A program made the position numbers and the translations under genes. Positions 55,001 to 64,000 of a DNA stretch of 64,000 nucleotides are shown here, piece after piece. The stretch is from an uncultured Subdoligranulum sp. Lineage in GTDB: Bacteria > Bacillota > Clostridia > Christensenellales > CAG-314. Each line of letters starts with the position of its first letter. Positions within the stretch are counted from its first letter, which is position 1. The notes below the pieces were generated by a model, which worked only from the letters and a program-made list of their open reading frames with translations, ran no database searches and was not told the DNA's origin. The stretch covers positions 13,809 to 77,808 of the forward strand of contig CAZTCB010000002.1 in the NCBI GenBank assembly GCA_964612455.1, written 5' to 3'.

Positions 55001-57439
55001 TTCTTTGATGAGGACGCTTCTGACGAAAATAGCACGATTTACCTCGTCAGCTACAAAGGAAACGACTCTGTCGTAACTTTGCCCGAAAAAGCGGACGGCA
55101 AATCGTATACCGTAAATGCTTATGCATTCTATAGGGTAACCAACCTCAGAGGCATCGTAGTTACCGGCAACGATACTGCATTCCTCAAAAATGCAGTCAA
55201 CACATGCTCCAACTTTAAGTACATCTTTGTTGCGAACGGCGTCACCGGCGTAACCGTTGACAAGACCGCAACGCCTCTCAAGACTGCGACCGAGTTGAGT
55301 TACAACGCTGAGGGCGGCGACGGCAATTGGTACTACGGTACCGAGGGCGAAATCGTATTCGAACATACTCACAGCTACGCGACCGAGTTTGTAGCTCCTG
55401 TCGGTCACAAAGACGGCTACGAGAGAAGCGTTTGCGAATATTGCGGTAAAGTAGAGAGCGAGCAAGCTGTTTATTCCGTCGGTCACACCTTTGGTGAGTG
55501 GTCGCTGTATAGAAAGGGTACTTGTCAGGTACTCGGTATCGAGATGCGTACCTGCTCTTGCGGTTTCAGAGAAATCAAGAGAATCGTCGGTGATCACGTA
55601 GCGGACGAAAACGGTCTTTGCGTAGATTGCGGCACTACTGTTTACGACGCTTTGACTTACGAACTCAACGGTGAAGAGTACACCGTAACGGGGCTTGCGG
55701 ATGAAAACACTACGATTGTCTTTATACCCGCAACATACGACGGCAAACCCGTCACCGCTATGGCTGACAGCGTCTTTAAAAACAACACCAACATTAAAGA
55801 AGTATACATCGGTAAAAACGTTAAGACCATCTCCGGTAGTGCTTTCTATGGTTGCAGTGCGCTCGAGACCATTCATATCGGCGTCGGCGTAACCGCTATC
55901 AAAGCGTCTGCGTTTTCCGCAACGACTGCGTTGAAACACGTTTATTACGATGGTACGATTGACCAATACGCACAGATAGCGTTTGGTACTTCGGCAGCAA
56001 GCGGCACGAGTACGGCTTCTCCGTTCTACGCAGGTTACGGCAGGCTGTACATTGACGGCAAAGTGGTTAACCACGCGGTCATTACGGCTCCCGCGGTCAG
56101 CAGTTATGCATTTTACCACAGCACCGGTATCGTGACTCTCGATATCAGCTCTGCGACAATCAATACCTACGCGTTTAATATGTGCTTGGATTTGACTCAG
56201 ATTATCCTGCGCGAAGGCGTAACAAGTATCAAAAACAATGCGTTTTTGGCTTGCTACAGCAAGGCGGAAGTAATCAATCTTTCGAGTTTGAGTGTTACTA
56301 TAAAAGATACGACGGCGTCCAAAAACGGCGGTATTTGCTATCATGCATATCAGTTGCTGACCGCTATACCCGTAGAGAGCAACGTTATCGTTACTGACGA
56401 CGGCAACGTATTTTATAACAACAACGGCGAGTATTTGTTCCTTTCGTTTATCGGCGAAGGTGCGTGCGTTCTCCCTGAAAAGATTAACGGAAACGATTAT
56501 ACCGTCGAAGGATATGCTTTCTATTACAACAAATTTGTTACTTCGTTGACCATTCCCGCGACGATAACGGCGTTTAAGGCTAGTACGTTTACGGGGACGA
56601 ACAACCTCCTCGACGTTTATTACGGCGGCACGGTCGACCAATGGGCGTCTATGACCTTTGGTACGTCGGCAACAAGCGGAACGAGTACTGCCTCTCCCTT
56701 CTATGCAAGTTACGGCAAACTGTATATCAACGGTAAAGTTCTCGGCGACGTAACGATCAGCGTGGACGTCAGCAGTTATGCGTTCTACAGAGTAAGCGGT
56801 CTTTATTCCGTTGTTATCAACGGTACTAAGGTCGGCACATATGCGTTTAATGGCTGTGAAGATTTGTTGTCCGTTACTATCGGTCAAAACGTGACTTCTA
56901 TCGGTAACTATTCATTCATGACTTGTTACAAGAAGGTAGAGGTAATTAATCTCTCCGGATTGACCATTACGGGTTCCGATACGACTTACGGCAAAAACGG
57001 CGGCATTGCCTACAACGCAAAGGTTTTACTGACAGAAACCCCCGCTACGAGCAACTTTGTCAGAGAAGGAGACTTTTTCTTCTTTAACGACGGCAATAGT
57101 TGGTATCTCGTCAGCTACGTCGGCGACGACGAAATCGTCACGTTGCCCAAAGATATAAACGGCAACAGTTACGTCGTTAATGCGTATGCTTTCTATAAAT
57201 GCACCAACCTTAAGGCAATAATCGTCACTGCGGATAAACAAGAGTTTGCCGACAACGCAGTTTACCAATGTAGCAGTCTCGAGTATTTGTATCTTGCGGA
57301 CGGCGTAACGAGCGTCACTATCGGTACTACCAACGCCAATCTTAAAGATGCAACGCAAATCGCGTACAGCGAGACGGAAAAAGCCGGCAGTTGGCATTAC
57401 GTAGACGGTGTCCCCGCAATTTGGGAAACCAAAGCCTAA
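52052..57439 (+). CDS. Giant (1795 aa) surface lipoprotein: about 19 His/Cys-rich repeats plus three BspA-type LRR modules
   Basis: Lipobox LAAC. Repeats of about 40 aa with the pattern LxH-x(9-12)-ATC-x(2)-G-x(6-8)-C-x(2)-C. LRR modules start with LTYELNG..YTVTGL. The intragenic DNA repeat 54449-54501 matches 55841-55893. Confidence 0.85.
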   Translation: MKQLSKILLVVLFATLVFALAACTQTEPEDPVHVHAYGEATITKAATCTEAGESTALCECGDSLVTVIPALGHKLVYQPKVGATCTEDGRDAYYKCSVCNKLFDGNNDEVEEKDLVIKALGHMAGAAVQENYVDATCKATGSYDLVTRCVYCDEVMSSQSMTVSLSAHKAGTVRTENVIASTCTTAGSYQTVNYCVFCNAEIEGSRKTVTVDPLGHDLVHHDAVDATCLAEGNKAYDTCSRCDYNTFEKVPKLDHVEGESVEENRVEATCTAKGGFDTVVRCTFCNSVLSSEHTDIDMLEHNLSDVEAQTATCHQIGWDAYQYCLDCDYTTKVEIPMLEHVAADGVEENRVEATCEVKGGYDVVVYCSLCSDELSRQYQEIAALGHKPGMAVVENKVDATCSAAGSYDSVTYCTVCTAAIHREKTMIPQLAHDLVEVEARDAACEVVGYNAHKACRNCDYKEDYVEIPALEHVYGDWNIVKNAECGIVGERNRVCSLCSGIDTEEIPALEHKYGDWSVVTPATCTTDGLQERVCSLCTDKDEQVIPAAHTWVYVDYLVPTETTEGHTQYYECSVCLEKSGYQILDKHAHEPADPVIEKYVASTCISSGSYDVVIYCSCSVCLYAEISRTTQTIATSGHTWVAYEYTAATCTEIGWDAYEQCLNCNAYKNDYYVEYAALGHDLVYEIQLNPTCTVDGLRYECCTRCDRSIEQVMPALRQHSFKNGVCTVCKAALYEALTYELNGDAYTVTGLNDSTVTTVVIPDTYLGLPVTALANNIFKNNKTIKEVYIGSNVTAIPTYAFYGCSALETIHIGVGVTKMNSYAFTSTSALKHVYYDGTIDQWAQIVFGTSATAGTASASPFTAGYGKLYINGEVIGTATVNVDVNSYAFCKVGGITELILNCGVVNTYAFEYCYDLVHVSVGQNVTKIGNYAFMYCYKKVIVTDHSSLDITTSDTTYSKKGGIASNAKKIGSSYSVFTVGDFVFFDEDASDENSTIYLVSYKGNDSVVTLPEKADGKSYTVNAYAFYRVTNLRGIVVTGNDTAFLKNAVNTCSNFKYIFVANGVTGVTVDKTATPLKTATELSYNAEGGDGNWYYGTEGEIVFEHTHSYATEFVAPVGHKDGYERSVCEYCGKVESEQAVYSVGHTFGEWSLYRKGTCQVLGIEMRTCSCGFREIKRIVGDHVADENGLCVDCGTTVYDALTYELNGEEYTVTGLADENTTIVFIPATYDGKPVTAMADSVFKNNTNIKEVYIGKNVKTISGSAFYGCSALETIHIGVGVTAIKASAFSATTALKHVYYDGTIDQYAQIAFGTSAASGTSTASPFYAGYGRLYIDGKVVNHAVITAPAVSSYAFYHSTGIVTLDISSATINTYAFNMCLDLTQIILREGVTSIKNNAFLACYSKAEVINLSSLSVTIKDTTASKNGGICYHAYQLLTAIPVESNVIVTDDGNVFYNNNGEYLFLSFIGEGACVLPEKINGNDYTVEGYAFYYNKFVTSLTIPATITAFKASTFTGTNNLLDVYYGGTVDQWASMTFGTSATSGTSTASPFYASYGKLYINGKVLGDVTISVDVSSYAFYRVSGLYSVVINGTKVGTYAFNGCEDLLSVTIGQNVTSIGNYSFMTCYKKVEVINLSGLTITGSDTTYGKNGGIAYNAKVLLTETPATSNFVREGDFFFFNDGNSWYLVSYVGDDEIVTLPKDINGNSYVVNAYAFYKCTNLKAIIVTADKQEFADNAVYQCSSLEYLYLADGVTSVTIGTTNANLKDATQIAYSETEKAGSWHYVDGVPAIWETKA

Positions 57440-57453
57440 AAAAATTAAACCAA

Positions 57454-57483
57454 AAAAGACACCCTTGTGGGTGTCTTTTTTTA
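57454..57483 (+). terminator. Intrinsic terminator after the giant gene
   Basis: AAGACACCC/GGGTGTCTT stem plus T8. Confidence 0.85.
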
Positions 57484-57548
57484 CTATAAAAAACAAAATT
57501 AACAATTTTTATCTCCCTGACTCATAAAATAAACGAGGAGGTAAAAAC

Positions 57549-58904
57549 ATGAATTTATTCGGTACTGACGGTATACGCGGGAGATACGGCGAGTTTTTGA
57601 CTGACGGCGTTGCGTATTCTCTCGGCAAAGCTATCGCACTTGAAAACGACGACTGTGTCGTAGTGGTTGGCAGCGACACGAGGGAGAGCGGAGAGGCACT
57701 CGTTGCGGCGCTTTCTCGCGGGGTTTCAGACAACGGCGGCGAAGTAATAAACATGGGAGTAGTCCCGACCAATGCCGTGGCGCATTACGTATTAAAAGCG
57801 GGAGCGGATTACGGAGTTATGGTTTCCGCAAGTCACAACCCTCCCGATTACAACGGGCTTAAGGTTTTTGACAGATACGGGGTAAAGATATGCGAAAAAA
57901 AGCAGGAAGAATTCAGTGAAAAAATTTCCGCGTTGCGCGTCGATTTTAACGTTGACGACTCGAGCGGCGCGCGGATATTTAAGGACGGGGTAGACGCTTA
58001 CGAAAAATACCTCGTCGAAAAAATCAATTGTGATTTTAACGGGCTAAAAATCGCTCTCGATTGTTGCTACGGCAGCGCGTACGAAATAGCGGAAAGAGTT
58101 TTCGTGCGGCTCGGTGGGAAAATCGTGGCGTATTGCAATTTCAACAAAGGAAAACTCATCAACGTCGATTGCGGCGCGACGGAAACTTCTTTTTTGGGCA
58201 GGCGAATGAAAGAAAACGCCTGTGCGCTCGGTTTTGCATTTGACGGCGACGCGGACAGACTTGCGGCGTTTGAGGGAAAAACGTTGCTCGATACCGACAG
58301 AGTGTTTTTCGCTTTCGCAAAGTATCTTTCGGAGAGCGGTCAACTCGCCAAAAACACTGTGGTAGGCACTATACTGACAAACAGCGGTCTTGAAAAAAGC
58401 CTTAAAAAAATAGGAATTGACCTTGTCAGAACGGACGTCGGCGACAGTAAGATTTACGCCAAAATGTTGAGCGAGGGATATGTTCTCGGCGGCGAAAACA
58501 GCGGACACTATCTACTCGGTCAATACGCTACGGGTAGCGACGCTTTGCTGAACGCAATGTTGTTGACAAAGATTTATTGTCTGAAAGGCAGTATAATGCA
58601 GTACACGGCAGAGTATAAACCGTATTTTTCTCTCAATGAAAACGTCGTCGTTACCGATGCGGTCGCGACCGCTCTGAAAAAAGACGACAAGCTCTTTTCG
58701 ACGATAAAAAACGCTTTTTATTCGCGTTACCCGACGTTGCGCCTCGTAGCGCGAATGAGCGGAACCGAACCGAAAATCCGCCTTTTTGTCGAAGGAAAAT
58801 CGCAAAAAAACGTTGCCGTCGGCATGGAGTATCTCGTGCGTTCGGTGCAGGCTTTTGTCACCAATAGTGACAAATTGTTTGACAATGTAAAAAAAAGCAG
58901 TTAA
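57549..58904 (+). CDS. glmM: Phosphoglucosamine mutase
   Basis: FGTDGIRG N-terminus, SASHNPPDYNGLK active-site loop, FDGDADR, GGENSGH. Confidence 0.95.
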   Translation: MNLFGTDGIRGRYGEFLTDGVAYSLGKAIALENDDCVVVVGSDTRESGEALVAALSRGVSDNGGEVINMGVVPTNAVAHYVLKAGADYGVMVSASHNPPDYNGLKVFDRYGVKICEKKQEEFSEKISALRVDFNVDDSSGARIFKDGVDAYEKYLVEKINCDFNGLKIALDCCYGSAYEIAERVFVRLGGKIVAYCNFNKGKLINVDCGATETSFLGRRMKENACALGFAFDGDADRLAAFEGKTLLDTDRVFFAFAKYLSESGQLAKNTVVGTILTNSGLEKSLKKIGIDLVRTDVGDSKIYAKMLSEGYVLGGENSGHYLLGQYATGSDALLNAMLLTKIYCLKGSIMQYTAEYKPYFSLNENVVVTDAVATALKKDDKLFSTIKNAFYSRYPTLRLVARMSGTEPKIRLFVEGKSQKNVAVGMEYLVRSVQAFVTNSDKLFDNVKKSS

Positions 58905-58934
58905 AATTAACTCGTAAAGAGACGAGAGATTTTT

Positions 58935-60050
58935 ATGCAGGTTTCTAAAACACAGAGAAGAAAAAAGAACGTCGCGGGTGTCGTTTTTGCCTTTATATTC
59001 AACGTGCTGCTCGGCATAGCCAAAGGCGTCGTCGGATTGACGTCGGGTTACGTCAGCCTGATTGCCGACGCAGTCAACAATCTGTCCGACGCAGGGAGCA
59101 ACGTGGTGTCTTTTATAGGCATCAGGATAGCCGAAAAACCCGCGGATAAAGAACATCCTTTCGGGCATGAGCGCATGGAGTACGTTGCGGGTACGATAGT
59201 CGGCATAGTAGTCGTCATGCTTGCGTTTGAGTTGTTTGCCGACGGTGTGGAAAAAATAATAGAAAGCGTCAATTCTGCGTTTGTTTCTGATTTTAATGTC
59301 GTCGTCGCTACCGTGCTCGGCGCCTCGGTAATAGCAAAGACGGTAATGTTTGCCGTTTTACGCGCAAGCGGTAAAAAATACGACCTTACCTTGCATCGCG
59401 CAATGTCTGCAGACAGTCTAAGCGACGCAATCGGTTCGGCAGCGATACTCGCCGGCATCGTAGTCGGCTACTTTGTAAAAATCAATCTCGACGGTTTTAT
59501 AGGGGTAGTAGTAAGCGTTATCATTTTCATCAGCGGCGTCAAGGTGCTTAAAGACACGTTAAACCCATTGCTCGGCATTGCTCCCGACGTTAAGGAGGCG
59601 GAGGATATCCGAAAAACCGTTCTTGCGTTTGAGGGCGTGTTGGGCGTGCATGACCTTACCGTCCATCAATATGGTCCGAATAAACGTTTCGTAACCGTTC
59701 ATATCGAGATAGACGCCAAAACGTCGAGTATGGACGCGCATGAATTGGCTGATTCTATCGAACGCCTGTATGCGGAAAAAGACGTTGAATTGTTGGTGCA
59801 TACCGATCCGATAGTTACCGACGATGAGTTTGCCAACGTCAAAAAAGCGGAAATAACGGAAAGTTTGAGGTCGTTGACGGATTTTGTCGATTTGCATGAC
59901 TTTAGAGTCGTATACGGCAAACGCGATAGGATTTTGTTTGACGCGGTGTTGCGTTTCGGTTCGCGGCAGACACCGTCGACGCTGGCAAAAAAACTTGCAG
60001 ACGAGGTTTCCGACGAGTACGATTACTGCATTTCGATAGATTACAGATAG
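58935..60050 (+). CDS. Cation diffusion facilitator family transporter
   Basis: LIADAVNNLSDA and HPFGHERMEY motifs. Six TM helices plus a cytoplasmic C-terminal domain. Confidence 0.85.
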   Translation: MQVSKTQRRKKNVAGVVFAFIFNVLLGIAKGVVGLTSGYVSLIADAVNNLSDAGSNVVSFIGIRIAEKPADKEHPFGHERMEYVAGTIVGIVVVMLAFELFADGVEKIIESVNSAFVSDFNVVVATVLGASVIAKTVMFAVLRASGKKYDLTLHRAMSADSLSDAIGSAAILAGIVVGYFVKINLDGFIGVVVSVIIFISGVKVLKDTLNPLLGIAPDVKEAEDIRKTVLAFEGVLGVHDLTVHQYGPNKRFVTVHIEIDAKTSSMDAHELADSIERLYAEKDVELLVHTDPIVTDDEFANVKKAEITESLRSLTDFVDLHDFRVVYGKRDRILFDAVLRFGSRQTPSTLAKKLADEVSDEYDYCISIDYR

Positions 60051-60060
60051 AGAGGTACAT

Positions 60061-60888
60061 ATGAGCAAAGCCGATGAGATTTTTGTAAAAAACGTTTTGG
60101 ATATTCTTAACAACGGCTGGAGAGACGACGACGTCCCGGTCCGTCCGCGTTGGAGCGACGGTACGCCCGCGCATACGATTAAAAGGTTTTGCATAGTCAA
60201 CCGTTACGACCTGAGTGAGGAGTTTCCCGTTATTACGTTGCGAAAAACACGGTTTAAAAACTGTATCGACGAAATGCTTTGGATATGGCAGCGAAAAAGT
60301 AACAATATCGCCGACCTTAACAGTAAAATATGGGATAGTTGGGCAGACGAAAACGGCTCGATAGGCAAGGCGTACGGTTATCAACTCGCGCAAAAGAGTA
60401 CTTATCCCGAGGGGGAGTTCGATCAGGTCGACCGTATTTTGTTTGACCTTAAAAACAATCCTCACAGTCGCAGGATAATGGCAAACATGTATGTGCACGG
60501 GGATTTACACGAAATGAATCTTTATCCTTGCGCCTACTCGTTTACTTTAAACGTTTCGGGCAACAGGCTCAACGGTATTTTAAATCAACGTTCGCAGGAT
60601 ATGTTGGTCGCCAACAACTGGAACGTCGCTCAGTATGCCGCGTTGCTTTGCGCTTTTGCGAAAGTCAGCGGTTTCGTGCCGGGCGAGCTCGTGCACGTCA
60701 TCGCCGACGCTCATATTTACGACAGGCATATTCCGTTGATATTGGATTTGATAAAAAAAGAGCAATTTCCCGCTCCTCGGTTTATCCTTTCGGACAAAAA
60801 AGACTTTTACGACTTTAACGTCGACGACTTTAAACTCGTCGATTATCGATACAACGAGTTTAACGAAAAACCGGAGGTTGCCGTTTAA
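60061..60888 (+). CDS. thyA: Thymidylate synthase
   Basis: LYPCAYSFTL active-site Cys context, RSQDM motif, DAHIY. Confidence 0.95.
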   Translation: MSKADEIFVKNVLDILNNGWRDDDVPVRPRWSDGTPAHTIKRFCIVNRYDLSEEFPVITLRKTRFKNCIDEMLWIWQRKSNNIADLNSKIWDSWADENGSIGKAYGYQLAQKSTYPEGEFDQVDRILFDLKNNPHSRRIMANMYVHGDLHEMNLYPCAYSFTLNVSGNRLNGILNQRSQDMLVANNWNVAQYAALLCAFAKVSGFVPGELVHVIADAHIYDRHIPLILDLIKKEQFPAPRFILSDKKDFYDFNVDDFKLVDYRYNEFNEKPEVAV

Positions 60889-61388
60889 TGAAAGCAATAG
60901 TGGCGGTAGATAAAAATTGGGGCATAGGTAAAAAAAACGGTTTACTTTTTAACTTGCCCGAAGACATGAAGTTTTTTCGTCAAAAGACGACGGGCAAGGT
61001 GGTCGCCATGGGTAACAACACTTTGCGCTCGTTTCCGAATGAAAAACCGTTAAAAAACCGCGTCAACGTGGTCCTTTGTCCCGATGCGAAAGACCGTGAC
61101 GACTGCGTAATGGTTCGCTCTCTGCAAGAAATGCGCGAAACGCTTAAAAAATATCCTTCCGACGACGTTTTTATTATCGGCGGGGCGATGTTTTACCGTA
61201 CGATGCTCGAGTTTTGCGATACCGCGTACGTAACCAAGGTTGACGCCGACGGCGATGCGGAGGTTTTTTTTGACAATCTCGACCAAAACCCCGATTGGAG
61301 ACTTGACGAGATTAATATGAGTGTAAAAGACGGCGATTACGACCTGACTTTTTGCGTTTATAAAAACGATTTTCCTAAGGCATTGTAA
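60888..61388 (+). CDS. folA: Dihydrofolate reductase
   Basis: IVAVDKNWGIGK, VVAMGNNTLRS and IIGGAMFY motifs. Overlaps the thyA stop codon. Confidence 0.9.
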   Translation: MKAIVAVDKNWGIGKKNGLLFNLPEDMKFFRQKTTGKVVAMGNNTLRSFPNEKPLKNRVNVVLCPDAKDRDDCVMVRSLQEMRETLKKYPSDDVFIIGGAMFYRTMLEFCDTAYVTKVDADGDAEVFFDNLDQNPDWRLDEINMSVKDGDYDLTFCVYKNDFPKAL

Positions 61389-61452
61389 GAGCGACTTAAT
61401 CAAAAGATTAAAAAAAGTTGACAAATTTCTACGAGTGTAGTATATTTCCAAT

Positions 61453-62037
61453 ATGGTAAAACGCGATTTGCAAAAAACGGATACGAGGATTGTCCGTACC
61501 GTCTCTTTACTCAAGTCGGCATTGTTTGATTTGCTAAAAAAAACTTCGTACGACAGTATTACCGTTATCGATATATGCGATAGGGCGATGGTGCATCGTA
61601 CTACTTTTTACAAACACTTTGACAACAAAGAGCAGTTACTGATAGCGGCGTTAGACGACAAGCGCGAAAAGATTTTCGGCGACCTTGCCGCCAAAAGAGA
61701 GTTTGAGTCGCCAAAAGAGATTTACATGTACATAGCGTACAACGGTTTTGACTATCTTGCGAAACACAAGGCGTCCGTCCTTGCGATATACCGCAACCTC
61801 AACAACGACGACGTGTTTAACGTCGCAAAGAGAGGTCTCGAGCGCAGTATCAAGTATTTGTTTTTGCAAAACCGTCCTTTTAAAAACTACCCCGTACCGA
61901 TAGATATCATGACCGCATTTTATACCGGCGGAATGATAAACCTTTTACAGTGGTGGTTAAACGACGGCGGTTCGTACTCGGCGGAGGATATGCTCAGATA
62001 CGTCAATATGATTTTGTCGGAAGAAAACTGCGGCTGA
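61453..62037 (+). CDS. TetR/AcrR-family transcriptional regulator
   Basis: N-terminal HTH (SYDSITVIDICDRAMVHRTTFYKHF). Confidence 0.8.
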   Translation: MVKRDLQKTDTRIVRTVSLLKSALFDLLKKTSYDSITVIDICDRAMVHRTTFYKHFDNKEQLLIAALDDKREKIFGDLAAKREFESPKEIYMYIAYNGFDYLAKHKASVLAIYRNLNNDDVFNVAKRGLERSIKYLFLQNRPFKNYPVPIDIMTAFYTGGMINLLQWWLNDGGSYSAEDMLRYVNMILSEENCG

Positions 62038-62060
62038 TTTTGTTTAAGTTTTTTTCGATT

Positions 62061-62089
62061 ATCCCGCCGACTCTGCGGGATTTTTTTTG
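62061..62089 (+). terminator. Intrinsic terminator after the TetR gene
   Basis: ATCCCGC/GCGGGAT stem plus T8. Confidence 0.8.
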
Positions 62090-62113
62090 TGAAACGGGTT
62101 AAGGATAATAAAA

Positions 62114-63412
62114 ATGGTTTTTTCGGCAATAGTTATAGCGGTTACGGTTGCGGCTTTGCTTTTTTGTATAATAACGGATAAACGCGTAGCGATAGGTAAA
62201 AACTCACTCGGTTTGTACTGTCTCGTGCCTCTCGTCGGCGCAATCGTGCTGGTGGCAGGCGGACGGTTGCCTCTCGGAGAACTTGCCGAGTATTTTGTGG
62301 CTGATACGACGGTCAATCCGATAAAAATACTTTTGTTGTTTTTGTCAATGACGATTTTTTCGGTTGTACTCGACGAAGCCGGGTTTTTTACGTACGTTGC
62401 CAATCTGGCGGCAGGTAAATCCGGCACAAGTCAACGCCGATTGTTTTTTACGTTGTACTTTACGGTTGCCGTTTTGACGATTTTTACGTCAAACGACGTC
62501 GTAATACTTACCGTCACGCCCTTCGTCATAGCGTTTTGTCGTAGGGCTGATTGCAATCCGTTGCCCCATCTGCTGATAGAATTTATCACCGCCAATACAT
62601 GGAGCATGCTCCTTGTTATCGGCAATCCCACCAATATTTACGTTGCTTCGGCTTTCGGAATAACTTTTGCCGAATACTTTTTTACTATGGCGTTGCCTAC
62701 CGTCGCAGGCGGCGTCGTGTCATGCGCGGTCGTTTACGCTATGTTTTGCAAATCGTTATCAAAACCGATACGTCCCGAAAAAAACGACACCGCGCTTAGA
62801 GACAAACCGCTCGCCGTTATCGCCGGCTGTCATCTCGCCCTTTGCGTGGTCTTGCTCGCGGTAAGCAATCTGCTCGGCATAGAAATGTGGCAAATCAGCG
62901 TATCTCTTGCCGTTTTGCTCGTCGCGTGTACGTTCGTTTATCTTGCCGTCGGCAAAAAGTCCTTTGCTCCGTTGACCAACGGTTTAAAGCGTCTCCCGTA
63001 CGAAATCATTCCGTTTATCGTCGGGATGTTCGTAATAGTCCTCGTCGTGACGCGAGAGGGATGGAGCGAGCGAATATACAAGCTTTTTTCGGCGGGAGAA
63101 TCGGTGTTTTCCTACGGTTTCGGTACCGCTATCGGTTCAAATTTAATCAATAATATCCCTGCAACGGTTTTGTTTTCGCAGGTGCTGTCGTGCGGTGCGT
63201 TTTTAGACGCCGCTGCCGTCTACGCCGTCATAGTCGGGTCCAACGTGGGTGCGTATCTGACGCCTGTCGGTGCTTTGGCGGGGATAATGTGGCACAATAT
63301 ATTGTCCCACAACGATATTAAGTTATCTTTCGGCAGATTTTCGCTTTACGGCATTGCCGTCGCGATACCGACGCTCGCGGCAACCTTGACCGTATTGTCC
63401 TTAATGCTTTAA
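62114..63412 (+). CDS. ArsB/NhaD-superfamily (CitMHS-like) permease
   Basis: About 12 TM helices. Duplicated N.P.T/NNIPAT-type hairpin motifs (GNPTNIYV, NLINNIPATV). Confidence 0.6.
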   Translation: MVFSAIVIAVTVAALLFCIITDKRVAIGKNSLGLYCLVPLVGAIVLVAGGRLPLGELAEYFVADTTVNPIKILLLFLSMTIFSVVLDEAGFFTYVANLAAGKSGTSQRRLFFTLYFTVAVLTIFTSNDVVILTVTPFVIAFCRRADCNPLPHLLIEFITANTWSMLLVIGNPTNIYVASAFGITFAEYFFTMALPTVAGGVVSCAVVYAMFCKSLSKPIRPEKNDTALRDKPLAVIAGCHLALCVVLLAVSNLLGIEMWQISVSLAVLLVACTFVYLAVGKKSFAPLTNGLKRLPYEIIPFIVGMFVIVLVVTREGWSERIYKLFSAGESVFSYGFGTAIGSNLINNIPATVLFSQVLSCGAFLDAAAVYAVIVGSNVGAYLTPVGALAGIMWHNILSHNDIKLSFGRFSLYGIAVAIPTLAATLTVLSLML

Positions 63413-63445
63413 AAGCCCGCTTTCGGATTTAAAGGCAAAGAAATA

Positions 63446-64000
63446 AATGAAAGAAAAAACATTAAAAGTGTTAAAAATAATATGCTGTTCGGTATTTGCC
63501 GCGGCGGAGTTTACCCTTTGGCTGCTCGTCGTCACGCTGTCCGACGTCGATACCGTAAATACGCTGTGTTACGTTTCGGTTTTGCTTGCTTTTTTCTTTT
63601 CGCTGTTGTGGTTAAAAAACGGTAAAAGCTCGGCTTTGATATCGATTGCGCTGTTTTTTACCGCATGTGCCGATTATTGTCTCGTGGTCAATCTGTCTGC
63701 GCCGTACGAGTTGGCACTCGCTTTTTTTGCCGTGGTACAGCTATCGTACTGTGTGTTGCTCGCCGTCAATCAATCGCCCCGTCTGCGAAAAATTCACCTT
63801 TTTACGCGCGGTGTGGCGGTAATCGCGGCTTTGTTGCTGACCGTCGTCGTCTTTGGGGAAAAAACCGACCTGTTGACGTTGTTGACTATATTTTATTTCT
63901 CAAATCTCGTTTGCAATTTTGCCTTTTCGTGCGTTCAAATCAAGTCGTACGCCATTTTTGCCTTGGGACTGTTGTTCTTTATCGGGTGCGATGTTTTTGT
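63446..64000 (+). CDS. Polytopic membrane protein, possibly YhhN-like (3' end beyond window)
   Basis: ATG at 63446 with the frame open to the window end. It is not in the ORF track because no stop codon is reached. Several hydrophobic helices. The family guess is weak. Confidence 0.5.

Noticed and set aside
52241-56887. Two very long minus-strand ORFs (52241-54574, 777 aa; 54749-56887, 712 aa) antisense to the giant surface-protein gene.
   Set aside because: They lie entirely inside a + strand gene with clear domain structure, a lipobox, a promoter and a terminator. Their translations are low-complexity with no motifs or RBS. They are typical stop-poor antisense frames of a biased, repetitive gene.

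Overview
This 64 kb window looks like a chromosomal segment of a low-to-mid GC Firmicutes (Clostridia-like) genome. The assignment rests on gene content and synteny: mrnC-rlmB-sigH, dnaX-ybaB-recR, ecfA-ecfA'-ecfT-truA-rplM-rpsI and thyA-folA. I call about 55 protein genes, almost all on the + strand, and three minus-strand tRNAs (Glu-CUC, Cys-GCA, Gly-GCC). I also call a yybP-ykoY Mn2+ riboswitch ahead of mntP and a set of intrinsic terminators. I saw no rRNA, CRISPR array, transposase or integrase. The housekeeping backbone is interrupted by accessory surface-protein modules. (i) A two-gene cassette occurs three times (24893-27469, 29286-32002, 35877-38776). It pairs an uncharacterised membrane-anchored protein with a lipoprotein built from an Fn3-like domain and BspA-type leucine-rich repeats. 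(ii) The third copy is bracketed by a perfect 88-bp direct repeat made of the 3' end and terminator of the EF-G gene. (iii) A 52-bp sequence marks the right end of that module and of the adjacent RCC1-lipoprotein/solute-binding-protein module. (iv) A 157-bp tandem duplication includes the last 21 nt of tRNA-Glu. (v) A decayed 3' relic of another LRR-lipoprotein gene lies upstream of cassette 2. (vi) A 1795-aa lipoprotein carries about 19 His/Cys repeats and three LRR modules. (vii) An AT-rich block next to recR encodes a trypsin-like protease, a His-motif membrane protein and a small possible immunity protein. Smaller oddities are an antitoxin-less MazF, an S20 with a long Lys/Ala-rich tail, an Lgt with a coiled-coil tail, a tRNA-Gly with C at position 55, and a DnaA-box cluster. 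All functional calls come from motifs read by eye. No database search was possible.
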